Positions 38,371-47,961 of a stretch of DNA of 64,000 nucleotides are shown piece after piece. Below the pieces are notes generated by a model. The model was not told the origin of the DNA and did not search any database. It was given only the letters and a program-made list of their open reading frames with translations. The number at the start of each line of letters is the position of its first letter. Position 1 is the first letter of the stretch. The DNA is from a virus (lineage: Duplodnaviria; Caudoviricetes). The DNA lies in the IMG/VR virus record IMGVR_UViG_2687453683_000002, positions 1-64,000 of that record; one strand, given 5' to 3'. Position numbers and translations under genes: made by a program.

Positions 38371-41289
38371 TTAAGCAGGGTCTCCTACGACTCTGACATC
38401 GAAGAAGCCGCCGCCAATGGCTTTTCTTGAAGTGCTTATTCTTACGTAAAACGTAGCTTGTTCACTGTGCTCAAGAGAACCTAATTCCAGCATATGCGTT
38501 GGTGTGAACGGTTTGTCTGTCAGGCTCAACTGCACTTCTTCGTCTACGGGGTCTAAGTCCTTCTGTGCCGTGGTCAGTATAATATTCTTGACCTTGTACC
38601 CTACCGTATTCTTTAGGAATATCTTGAAAGTACCTGAGGTGTTACCCGCCACGACAGTACCGACTTCAAGATAACGAAGAACCTCTCCGATATCGGTAGA
38701 GTAGAATTGGTTACTCTCAGAGACAAACATCAGCCCTGCGTATTCAATCAAAGGATTAGTCACCCAACTAGACGTGACTCCCATGTCGTCTTCCATGACA
38801 ATCTTTACCTCATGCACGTTACCCAAAATAATTGATTCTTTTGGCAGTCTATACTGGACATTGATTGGTGTTGGGAGGTATTGAGTCATTGTCCCAAGTG
38901 TAGGAGGGTGCACTTGATTCCCGTTCACTAGAATCTTGTACCTTACAGCATCTCCGTCACGGTCAGTAATATTGGCATATAACATCTGCCCCCTGACCGA
39001 TGCTTCTTCAGCTTTGGCTTCTGCGTTGAACTTCTTGATCGTAAAGGATTTTGTCACAGTAGAGCCAAACTCATCCACGACATTGACCGTTACTGAGTTG
39101 TCTCCAATAGAGAGTCTGCTGTTCCTAATGGTGTGGACATAAGTGTAAGGAGTCTTGAGGTTTTCTGTGAACCCTGACTCTGGATATTCAGCCGCCCCGT
39201 TTATCAAAATCCGGAACTTTGTCATATCCCTCTCAGCGTCAAACACAGCAACCTCCAGGGTCACATTTTCCTTGTGGCAAGTCAGAGTCGAAGCCGTCAG
39301 GTTAAGGTTAGTATCTGTGTTTACCTTGGCGATGTTTAATACAAAAACAGAAATGCTCCCGCTAGAATCAAGTGCTTCTACGGTCACGGTGTTGATTCCG
39401 ATTTCTAAATCTTTGTTCATTAGTAGATGATTTACTGCGATTGGAGAAGGCAGTGTAGTTACCGATACCTTTTCCACACCATTCACGAAGACTTTATAAG
39501 ACATTGGCTTATTGTCGATATGGGATATACTACCTGTAAGAGTATAGTCTTGCCTAGCCACAGTAGCAGGAGTTACCTTCATGTCGTTGAAATATGGCTT
39601 CCTGTTTCCAATTTTCAGTTGGGTCAGAGCGTACTGGTAGCCGTTAGCCGTTACAAACGTTTCCCCGTCATAGTTATAACTTGAAGCGTTGAAGTAGCTG
39701 TTAACGTTATTTGCAATCGGGTAGGCATTAGCTAAATGCCCATCTCTAACACCAAATGCTCCTACGTGCGCCCCTGTTGAGGTAGGAAGAAACACATAGT
39801 CATCTGTCACCGCAAAGCTACCTAGATTGTTTGGGTAATACCAAGGAATATCTGTAACGAACTCAGGTACAACATTGTTCATATCGAGTTTAATCCTGTA
39901 CAGCTTGGCGATACTCCCCGCAGATTGGTAGTTAGCTAATACGTATGCGTACCCGTCATTTGTCTGCTTATTGAAGGCAAACTTTACGCCCGCCCAACTA
40001 TTTAACGTATCGCCACTAGCTACCTTATTAGCGATGGTATACGACTTAACAAGGGAAACACTCCAAGACATGCCGCTCTTATTGATTAGGTACTTGTGCA
40101 TCGTGAACGGGTCTTCATTATGGACGGCGTAGATGTGTCCATTAAAGGGATTGTAATCAAAGCAGTCAGGGTGAGATGTGGTTTGTTGCCACCCCGTTAC
40201 TTGGTAAGACCTTACGCTCTGAACAGCGCCACGGATGTTGGTAGCCCTAGTCATATGCCAGATATCATTACCGCCGTGACCCGTATCCCCGATCACGTCC
40301 AGCGTATTGTCAATCTGAACCAATTGCATATTGTACGTATACCAAGCAGGGATACTCCCCACACTTTTTATAGAGCTGTCAAACCCCTTGCTTAGAACGT
40401 CTCCGTAGAACTCCACTTGCTGAATCGTTTGGTCTTTACTTGCCCCCTTCCTAACAAGGGTTACACTCTTTCCATACCAATTACCATTTAACGTAGTGTA
40501 AGTCCCTGTAATAGTGATGTTGTCCGCTACCCTGAGGTTATCTATATATATGGAAGTATTATACATAGGGAAGTTTACGTGAGACCTGAACTTCAGTTGA
40601 GTAAACCTAATTGGCGTGTCCCACTGGAACATGAAACCTGCGTACAGGTCTCCGTTGTCGTCAAACGGGTAAGAGGTACTTCCAGTCATTAAAGCGGTAG
40701 GATTCCACCCACTGTACCCACTGGCAAATGCATAGTCGTACTGAGGGGCAACATTCTCAATAGAATCCGTGTACCATTGCCCGATAATTCCATTACCTGC
40801 GGGCAGTCCTTCTGGCGTGGTCATTGCTAACGAGACTTCTGCCGCAGATAACTTTCTGTTCCAAATACGAAAATTGCGTATATAGCCATTAAACAAGTAA
40901 CCACCACTTGCCCCAAAGCCACCAATCCAAGCAACATTAGTGACTGAACGGTTAGCGTTGGATGCGTTTCGGTTGGATATGACTTGCTTCACTCCGTCGA
41001 TGTATAGTTCCACGTTCGTTGGGTCGGGTACTCCATTGTAGAATACTCCCGCTACGTGTACCCATCTGTTGGCCAGGGAAGCGCTAGGGATTCCCAATAC
41101 ATCGCTGTTGTTTGTGTTAAATCCAAAACCGCCACCAGAAAAATAGAGGTCATAGTTACTCCAGCCAAACGGCATAACGCCTTCTACTCCACGCCAGTAC
41201 ATCCAAAATTCAACTGTGTTTTGCGCCCCCGCCGCCAGGTTAACCCCTGTCGCATCAATCTGGACACGTTGACCTTTTAGATTAGCCAT
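38371..41289 (-). CDS. Adhesin: LamG/ConA-like + putative propeller + Ig-like repeats + conserved C-terminal domain
   Basis: TVEFW, WVHVA, LYIDG, FNGYI..FRIWNR.LS. Confidence 0.85.
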   Translation of the reverse strand: MANLKGQRVQIDATGVNLAAGAQNTVEFWMYWRGVEGVMPFGWSNYDLYFSGGGFGFNTNNSDVLGIPSASLANRWVHVAGVFYNGVPDPTNVELYIDGVKQVISNRNASNANRSVTNVAWIGGFGASGGYLFNGYIRNFRIWNRKLSAAEVSLAMTTPEGLPAGNGIIGQWYTDSIENVAPQYDYAFASGYSGWNPTALMTGSTSYPFDDNGDLYAGFMFQWDTPIRFTQLKFRSHVNFPMYNTSIYIDNLRVADNITITGTYTTLNGNWYGKSVTLVRKGASKDQTIQQVEFYGDVLSKGFDSSIKSVGSIPAWYTYNMQLVQIDNTLDVIGDTGHGGNDIWHMTRATNIRGAVQSVRSYQVTGWQQTTSHPDCFDYNPFNGHIYAVHNEDPFTMHKYLINKSGMSWSVSLVKSYTIANKVASGDTLNSWAGVKFAFNKQTNDGYAYVLANYQSAGSIAKLYRIKLDMNNVVPEFVTDIPWYYPNNLGSFAVTDDYVFLPTSTGAHVGAFGVRDGHLANAYPIANNVNSYFNASSYNYDGETFVTANGYQYALTQLKIGNRKPYFNDMKVTPATVARQDYTLTGSISHIDNKPMSYKVFVNGVEKVSVTTLPSPIAVNHLLMNKDLEIGINTVTVEALDSSGSISVFVLNIAKVNTDTNLNLTASTLTCHKENVTLEVAVFDAERDMTKFRILINGAAEYPESGFTENLKTPYTYVHTIRNSRLSIGDNSVTVNVVDEFGSTVTKSFTIKKFNAEAKAEEASVRGQMLYANITDRDGDAVRYKILVNGNQVHPPTLGTMTQYLPTPINVQYRLPKESIILGNVHEVKIVMEDDMGVTSSWVTNPLIEYAGLMFVSESNQFYSTDIGEVLRYLEVGTVVAGNTSGTFKIFLKNTVGYKVKNIILTTAQKDLDPVDEEVQLSLTDKPFTPTHMLELGSLEHSEQATFYVRISTSRKAIGGGFFDVRVVGDPA

Positions 41290-41306
41290 TATATTGACCT
41301 CTCTTC

Positions 41307-43346
41307 CTACAGGGCATTGCCTGTCACTTTAATCTTGAAGTTGCCGCCGCCAACCGCATCATCGTTCATAGTCAATCGAACGTAAAACTTCAGTGTGTCT
41401 CCTGTGTCGTATGAGTCAGGGTAAAGAAGCTCACTCTCAGGAGAAAACGGTGCATTACTTCGGCTTATTTCAACTTTCTCTGATACAGGATCAAGGTCTC
41501 CTTGAATGGGTGTCAGCTTAATGTTCTTCACAGGATATCCCAAGGTGTTCTCTACAGTAATTTCATAGATTCCTGACTGCTCTCTTGCGTAAAGAACTCC
41601 AACGTTCAGGTACTTAAGAAGAGTACCGAAGTCGGTCGTGTAGAAGTTACTTTCCGTGTCTTTAAACATCAATCCGCTGTACCCTAGTGCTCCTGTGCTT
41701 GCCCACATGTCTGTGTCGCCCGCCGAATCAACCACCTCCACAACAACCGTGTTGGATTGATTAGTGATTACTTCTTTCTTGGGTAATGTGTACATAATTG
41801 ACGTTGGAGAAGGGAAGGGAATGGAGTACCCTGATTCTGGAAGCACCTGCTTCCCATTCAGTAACACTCTGAATCTTACTTGGTCTCCGTCAGGGTCATT
41901 AAAGTCCATGTATAGCGTGTTACCTTTCATGACTACATCGACTACTGGCTTCTTGTTAAGTTTTGTGATTGTGCTTTGACCGGACACTACGGTAGTGTTG
42001 GTCTTAAAGTTATCTTTCACTTCAATCTTGACTTCGTTAGCACCCATGTTTAATTGGTCAGACCTGAACGAACGTCTGACAATAAGCGGGGAGTTGTACC
42101 CCGATACTGTCCAATCGTCCAGAGGAACGTCGTTCAATAGAACCCTGTAAGTCATTAAGTCTGTTGGTTCATCCGTCACTATGGCTTCAAAAACAACGTT
42201 CTCTTTGTGGGTAGTGGCACTGGATACGGAAGTCACTATACTAGGCTGGTCATTGGTTACGGTGATAGTAAATACCTTTCTGTTTATGCCGCCGTAGTTA
42301 TCCTTCAACTCTAAGGTGAATGGGTTCCCCCCAATGTTCATGAGTGAGATTGGAACTGTCACACTATTATTAGTCACTGGAAGTGGTAGTAAAGGTGCAA
42401 AGGGATTTAGCTCAGTCCCGTTTATTAAGGCACGGAACGTCGCAGAAGTGGTACTTCCCCTTGAGTCACTAGTAATATCGAACATTATGGCAAGGTCGTT
42501 CGCGTGAGCCGTAGTAGGGATGAGTGTATTAGCCACGTCTAGAGTCGTGAGGAATAGTGTCTTGAGTGTAGTCCCGAAGGTAAAGTAGTAAGCTATGCCG
42601 GGTTGTGTAGGGTTAGGCTGAATACATCCCACAGCCCCGTTTATTGCTGTTACTCCGAACGAGGGTAGGTTGGAGTATGTCATCTTGCTTCCTACGAGTG
42701 CCCCTGTATTCACATCAAAGCAACCAAGGAGACCATCGGTTTCGTTTGAGCCTGAACCCCAATAAGCCTTGTCTCCCGCAACGTACAGACCGCTCCCTGT
42801 ATAGCTTGAGTCTAACGAGTAACCGCTACCTGCGATGGTGCATGTTCTTACCATAGCCGCTGTCTTGTTGTTTAAGTCCCACTTATAAAGACCATAATCG
42901 TTCCTGTTCCAGAACCATACGTACTGCCCGCCATCCCAACCACCACGACCATAACTAGCCATAGATGTGGGGGCGTTGTACTGAACACGGTTAACAACTG
43001 TTTGGTCACTCTGTCTAATAGTCCACATAAACAAAAGGTTGTGGCTACTCGACCACCCAACAATGTAGTCCTGACCAACCTCGGTGAATACGGCGTATCC
43101 GTAAGGGACAGAACTTCCATTTCTACAGATGTACGAAATATAACTGTCATCGCTGACCCAATTTCGGCTTCTGACATATGAACCGATAGTCCCGTCAGAG
43201 TTTTTATTGTAAACATATACAGTGTTCAAGTTTTGGTATGCAACGTATATGTATTTATCTCCAACCATAACGTCAGCAATGTTCCCCACAAGTGTTTGGG
43301 AATCAGCCTGACCTGTAAAAGCTAAGTCACCAATTTGATATGGCAT
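41307..43346 (-). CDS. Adhesin: putative beta-propeller head + Ig-like repeats + conserved C-terminal domain
   Basis: C-terminal ~200 aa visibly similar to the two downstream genes. Confidence 0.8.
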   Translation of the reverse strand: MPYQIGDLAFTGQADSQTLVGNIADVMVGDKYIYVAYQNLNTVYVYNKNSDGTIGSYVRSRNWVSDDSYISYICRNGSSVPYGYAVFTEVGQDYIVGWSSSHNLLFMWTIRQSDQTVVNRVQYNAPTSMASYGRGGWDGGQYVWFWNRNDYGLYKWDLNNKTAAMVRTCTIAGSGYSLDSSYTGSGLYVAGDKAYWGSGSNETDGLLGCFDVNTGALVGSKMTYSNLPSFGVTAINGAVGCIQPNPTQPGIAYYFTFGTTLKTLFLTTLDVANTLIPTTAHANDLAIMFDITSDSRGSTTSATFRALINGTELNPFAPLLPLPVTNNSVTVPISLMNIGGNPFTLELKDNYGGINRKVFTITVTNDQPSIVTSVSSATTHKENVVFEAIVTDEPTDLMTYRVLLNDVPLDDWTVSGYNSPLIVRRSFRSDQLNMGANEVKIEVKDNFKTNTTVVSGQSTITKLNKKPVVDVVMKGNTLYMDFNDPDGDQVRFRVLLNGKQVLPESGYSIPFPSPTSIMYTLPKKEVITNQSNTVVVEVVDSAGDTDMWASTGALGYSGLMFKDTESNFYTTDFGTLLKYLNVGVLYAREQSGIYEITVENTLGYPVKNIKLTPIQGDLDPVSEKVEISRSNAPFSPESELLYPDSYDTGDTLKFYVRLTMNDDAVGGGNFKIKVTGNAL

Positions 43347-43378
43347 GAACGTTCCTCCTTATATAAAAAAAGACTGTC

Positions 43379-43993
43379 TTAGGAAGACAGTCCGAAATTG
43401 ACTTCGCCGCCCACACCTTTTCTGAGTGGTGCTTTGAGTTCTGTAGCAATGCGATTATTCTTCTTAATCAGGAGCACACCGTCCATCTTTTGGTCTGCGA
43501 CTAGCCAGAAGTTAATGTGTATTGGCTGACCGAATGGGATTTTACAAGTAGCCTTGAACTGGAATGTTACTCCGTCAATTTCAATAACAGACTTATACCC
43601 GAAGTTATATTGAGTTATAGTAGTATCAGCGATTGTGCCGCCCCGACCACTTGCAAAGTTTACAGTTGATTCAGCATCTTTGTAGGTGATGACATCACTA
43701 AACTTTCCTGAGTGACCCGTAAGGTTATACCCCTTGTCTCCGTCCTTGTAAATAACTTCTATGCCGATGCCGCCAAGGTTGAATACCCCGTCCCTCTCGA
43801 AGAAAAACTTGCTACCATGACCCATGACACCAAATCGAACCAGCCTGTCCCGTTGAATATCGTAGAAGCTGTTTTCTTCTTTTGTGTCAAAGTTAAATTC
43901 GGATAGGTAAGTACCGTCATCGTACTCACCCACCCATATAAAGTCTTGTCCTACAGGAGAGACCCCGTTGTGCTCATTGAAAATCGAAAGCAT
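43379..43993 (-). CDS. Hypothetical structural-cluster protein
   Basis: RBS AAGGAGG; operon context. Confidence 0.65.
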   Translation of the reverse strand: MLSIFNEHNGVSPVGQDFIWVGEYDDGTYLSEFNFDTKEENSFYDIQRDRLVRFGVMGHGSKFFFERDGVFNLGGIGIEVIYKDGDKGYNLTGHSGKFSDVITYKDAESTVNFASGRGGTIADTTITQYNFGYKSVIEIDGVTFQFKATCKIPFGQPIHINFWLVADQKMDGVLLIKKNNRIATELKAPLRKGVGGEVNFGLSS

Positions 43994-44031
43994 GATACAA
44001 TTTCCTCCTTCATTGTATTGAAGTCAATTTC

Positions 44032-44505
44032 TTACACGTACTGGTAGGACACACGTGTCAGGAATGTTACCAAACCTGCTGTAGCCGTTGGTGGTACGTT
44101 TGCACGAAGAGTGACCTTCGAAAAATTTGCGGTTGTGTTAGCTGTATTAACGTTTCCGTCATTAGCTGGCCCTTTGATTGTTTTCGCAGGAGTGTCGGAC
44201 TTCGTAGCACGGATATCTTTTGTAACCGTCCCACCTACAGCCGTAAACGATGATTCGGATAGCGAGTCAACTTTAACCTCAATCCAAGTGTTGGTAACAA
44301 GTTCGCCTGTGTTACCGCCCGAACTATCCTTAGTTGTAAGTGTGCAGTTCTGCATGTCGGAGACTGCCGTCGAACCGCCACGGTTATTCCAAATCAGTAC
44401 CGTAAAGGTAGTGGACAACGAACCTGCGTCAACCGTACCGATATCCCACTGAGTTACTTGCGAAGAGTTATCGGATGTATACCAAGAAACTATTGGTGCT
44501 GGCAT
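44032..44505 (-). CDS. Small beta-rich structural protein (possible fibre subunit)
   Basis: WDIGTVDAG..S..F.V.I.N resembles the start of the adhesin C-terminal domain; own class B promoter; strong RBS. Confidence 0.7.
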   Translation of the reverse strand: MPAPIVSWYTSDNSSQVTQWDIGTVDAGSLSTTFTVLIWNNRGGSTAVSDMQNCTLTTKDSSGGNTGELVTNTWIEVKVDSLSESSFTAVGGTVTKDIRATKSDTPAKTIKGPANDGNVNTANTTANFSKVTLRANVPPTATAGLVTFLTRVSYQYV

Positions 44506-44559
44506 TGTATTTCCTCCCTTAATTGCTTAGTTTTAGAATTGTTCTTATCAAGCTATAAA

Positions 44560-44589
44560 CAATATAAGTTGGGCAGGTGAAACCTTAAC
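44560..44589 (-). promoter_or_regulatory. Class B phage promoter (GTTA-N17-CTTATATTG)
   Basis: Matches the motif. Confidence 0.65.
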
Positions 44590-44649
44590 AATTGCCTTGT
44601 AAAGTATCACTTCTATATTGGTCGTTTTATAGCCAAGTATGATGCAAAT

Positions 44650-44674
44650 AAAAAGACCCCGATTAAGGGGGTCT
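44650..44674 (-). terminator. Intrinsic terminator
   Basis: AGACCCC/GGGGTCT stem with a T-run on the minus strand. Confidence 0.65.
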
Positions 44675-44679
44675 AAATA

Positions 44680-45912
44680 CTAGAGAATTTTCCTGTACTT
44701 GACGTACAGAACATCAGGGATTCCGTCAGTAACCTTGAGAGTTTCAGGTGCGAAGTTGACACCACGGACTGCTCCGTTACCGTCTAAAAGGTAATCAAAG
44801 TTGATGCTAGGTGCTTGTACTTGACCGTTAATGAACAGAAGGACAGTCTTGGGTTTAGCCAAACCGTTTACGAAAACGTACTCAGTCTCGCCACCCGTCG
44901 CTTCAAACACTTCTTCTTCATCCTCAGTTTCAAGTTTCACCAAGCGGTCGTTTTGAGCCTTAAACTCAGCATCAGCGACAGTCTCAAGGTTAACAATACG
45001 CCCCTCAGCAGTGCCGAAGTCTCCTGCTTTAAAGTAACCATTAGACGAGTCAGCGTCACGGTCAGCAATACCAGCAGTCAGTGATTCAACGTCAACCACA
45101 CGCTGTGCAAGGTCAGCTAGGACAGCTTGTACATTAGCGCCATCGTAGTTAGGGTCAACGACTACACCGACAAGGCTTGCGCCTTTAGTCGCCGCTGTGG
45201 ATGCCAAGTCGTTACGGATAGCTGTATCAGCATCGTTACGTGCTTGAATCTCGTTGGCAATTTGTTGTACGATGTTAGTCGCAAGATTAGCATTACCATC
45301 ATTGTCCAGTGTTCCAGAGCCGCCGTAAATATCCTTCATCAACTGGTTAAGGTTCATGTAGGCTTTAGCGTCAACAGCATCGGCTACAAGACCTGCTCCG
45401 CCGCTAACAATAGCGTCAACAGGGATTACAGACAAGTTAGTACGAGTGATGTACTTGTAATCGATTGTTACAGCTTCAACGAACGTGTAAGGGGCTTCTG
45501 CTCCTGCGACCTCACTGAAGAAGTCGAGGTAGAACTCTCCTGCATCCTCACGAACTTTAGCGTAAACGCGATCGCCGTCCTCATCAATGAACGGGAAGTC
45601 TTGCGTCCCATTCTTACGTATTTGGAGTTCCCTACCGATCACAGTTCCTTCGGTGTTGGAATCTACCGCTACGACAGTGTTCAGAATGTCAGACGTGATT
45701 GTGATGGAGTTGAGACCCGCACCTACTGTAACATCATTCTTTTGAACGAACACGTCGATTTTGGTATCTTCAAGGGATTCACGGTGAGCGTGGAAATCAA
45801 TATCCAAGTACTTCTCATTGATTTTGTTGGCAACATCGAAGTGGTTGTTACGCATCAACTTGTTGTTCAACTGCTCTCCACGGAATCTTGCAATACCTCT
45901 AGTTCCTGCCAT
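44680..45912 (-). CDS. Structural protein with coiled-coil shaft
   Basis: Heptad segments and GASLVGV motif; start MAGTRG after GAGGTG. Confidence 0.7.
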   Translation of the reverse strand: MAGTRGIARFRGEQLNNKLMRNNHFDVANKINEKYLDIDFHAHRESLEDTKIDVFVQKNDVTVGAGLNSITITSDILNTVVAVDSNTEGTVIGRELQIRKNGTQDFPFIDEDGDRVYAKVREDAGEFYLDFFSEVAGAEAPYTFVEAVTIDYKYITRTNLSVIPVDAIVSGGAGLVADAVDAKAYMNLNQLMKDIYGGSGTLDNDGNANLATNIVQQIANEIQARNDADTAIRNDLASTAATKGASLVGVVVDPNYDGANVQAVLADLAQRVVDVESLTAGIADRDADSSNGYFKAGDFGTAEGRIVNLETVADAEFKAQNDRLVKLETEDEEEVFEATGGETEYVFVNGLAKPKTVLLFINGQVQAPSINFDYLLDGNGAVRGVNFAPETLKVTDGIPDVLYVKYRKIL

Positions 45913-46015
45913 ATCTTTCACCTCTCTTATTATCATTTTGCGGTGTCTTCCTTTACCGCAGATACATTATAAGCAAGTAATCCCACATTTTATTGATAGA
46001 TGGTAGACTAAGGTA

Positions 46016-46855
46016 CTACCTCAGCCGAATCACTAGTTCTATAGTGACGCCTTCAATGCCTTCGCCCCGTTCGACCACGTTAACGCGAAAATGGTCATCC
46101 TTGTTAATTCGAGGAACGGATACAGCATAAGGTCTACTTGAGGTGCGACTAGAACGCTCATCCCCATCCACAACAAGGTTGGTATGGAAAATTGTCTCCC
46201 ACACAGGGGTTGCGCTGTCGTAGCTTTCCTGAGAACACTTTTCAATCTGGAATGCCGTGTCCGCTATACCTTCACGTGATGTAGAAGCATAAACCTCAGT
46301 GATATCTCCCTCATACGGGAATCTCATGACCAGCTTGGCTATGCCATCGAATACCCGACTTAGGACGAACACCATGGTCTTTGATTCTGCCCGCTGCTCA
46401 ATAGAATCGAGACGCTCGTCAAGGCTATTGAAGGGACTATGTCCGTCCTTGTATTGCCTAGCCTTATGTACCTCTTTTTCCAGATCCAAGAACCTGAGTC
46501 CATCAATGTTGTCATTTCCTTGGCGGTATTCCGATTTCCAAGTCCTAATAAGGATTTCATCGCCAACCTGTAGCTGTACAGTCTGTCCAGCATACGGCGT
46601 GTCTACTTGATACTTGCCTAGATCCAGGCGGATAGTTGTCGAGTCAATCTCTTCGTAGCCGCCGCCTTCCAGCAAGTGTGCGCCGTTAAAGTAAACATCC
46701 AACTGCTTTGTACCCATCCGGTATTCATGGTCAAGGTGAAGAAACAGCCCACGCTCTAACGCAAGGTACTGCTCGTCTACAATGATTTCCTGTTCGTCCC
46801 AATACTGAAACTCCCCACCACCATAGCGCCGAAGGGTCATCTTAGTTCCTGCCAT
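46016..46855 (-). CDS. Structural-cluster protein
   Basis: L.VYFNG..L..G..YEE beta domain; RBS GGAGGTG. Confidence 0.7.
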   Translation of the reverse strand: MAGTKMTLRRYGGGEFQYWDEQEIIVDEQYLALERGLFLHLDHEYRMGTKQLDVYFNGAHLLEGGGYEEIDSTTIRLDLGKYQVDTPYAGQTVQLQVGDEILIRTWKSEYRQGNDNIDGLRFLDLEKEVHKARQYKDGHSPFNSLDERLDSIEQRAESKTMVFVLSRVFDGIAKLVMRFPYEGDITEVYASTSREGIADTAFQIEKCSQESYDSATPVWETIFHTNLVVDGDERSSRTSSRPYAVSVPRINKDDHFRVNVVERGEGIEGVTIELVIRLR

Positions 46856-46868
46856 TCACGTCACCTCC

Positions 46869-47951
46869 TTACGTATGGTTAATGTCCAGAATAAAGTGTA
46901 GAGGTTTAATCTGGAAACGGTCTTCCATCTTCTCGACTTTCATCCAGAACTTTCGTTCCCCAAGAGGTGGCAAACTGTCCATGTCCAGAAGCTTTGAGAA
47001 ATCCCCTGTCGGAATATCTGCTCCATCATCATGGCAAATATCTGCCCACTCGTATCCAAACGTCTCCATATACTTTAGGATGCCAAGGGATATAGTATGT
47101 GCAGGCTTCTCCTTGGAAGGGTTCTGTAGTACCATCTGAACAAGAATCTGATTGTCGTACATAGTTCCAAGATACGTATCGTTCTCCTTGTTAAGTTCTT
47201 TACCATTCCAGACGACCTTCAGTTCTGTACCGAACAGGTAAATGTCGCCACCATAGATATCAAAAGCACCAAGGCTGGACAGGAGCGTCCCTTGCGTATC
47301 ATAGACTCTAATAATGCCGTTGTACGGGACAGTGGGTAGTTCAATCTCGCACCCCGTCCAGTTGGGTTCGACTACAGCCGAAGCCACCGAATTACCATCA
47401 GGGTCACAGAGGTAAACGGAGTACCCCATTGGTAGATTACCTACTGTAATCTTGTCACTCTTGCAAACTATGACTCTATCGAGGTTCAGGGTATCAAAGT
47501 TCGTCTCTTCACGGTTCTTTAGGATTACTCCCATCTTCTCAGCTACCATAGGAGCGGTGTCGAATATCTCCCACCCACTACCTCGGTCTGCATAGAACGT
47601 CCATTTATTCCCTTTTTTCAGTGCCCGCCATTTGCTGTACTCTCTGGTGGTCGTGTCTATACTTTCAAGAAACTCCAAGCGGTGGTATCCATCCTGCCAG
47701 ATGATAATACCGCCTTCATCGAGAAGTTCCGTGGGTACATAGTCTGCTGTCACTTCCATTAAAACGGTCTGCTCTTCAGGAACGTCAAACATGATAGAAG
47801 TGTCGTTGTCTGTGTGCGGCATAATGACCTGACCCAAAGTATTGTCGATTGAAATAGCATCACTAGGTGAAAGGGTATAGCGGGAATGAATACTCCCGCT
47901 ATCGAACCTATCATCGAAGATCAAGCCACTCGACTTTTTATAGATTCCCAA
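46869..47951 (-). CDS. Structural protein with ConA-like N-terminal domain
   Basis: Beta-sandwich pattern; C-terminus weakly like the adhesin docking domain. Confidence 0.65.
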   Translation of the reverse strand: MGIYKKSSGLIFDDRFDSGSIHSRYTLSPSDAISIDNTLGQVIMPHTDNDTSIMFDVPEEQTVLMEVTADYVPTELLDEGGIIIWQDGYHRLEFLESIDTTTREYSKWRALKKGNKWTFYADRGSGWEIFDTAPMVAEKMGVILKNREETNFDTLNLDRVIVCKSDKITVGNLPMGYSVYLCDPDGNSVASAVVEPNWTGCEIELPTVPYNGIIRVYDTQGTLLSSLGAFDIYGGDIYLFGTELKVVWNGKELNKENDTYLGTMYDNQILVQMVLQNPSKEKPAHTISLGILKYMETFGYEWADICHDDGADIPTGDFSKLLDMDSLPPLGERKFWMKVEKMEDRFQIKPLHFILDINHT

Positions 47952-47961
47952 TTATTATCAC

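Noticed and set aside
36028-43346. Diversity-generating retroelement or invertible shufflon acting on the adhesins
   Set aside because: No reverse transcriptase, no near-identical TR/VR pair, and no inverted cassettes; the paralogs look diverged at DNA level.
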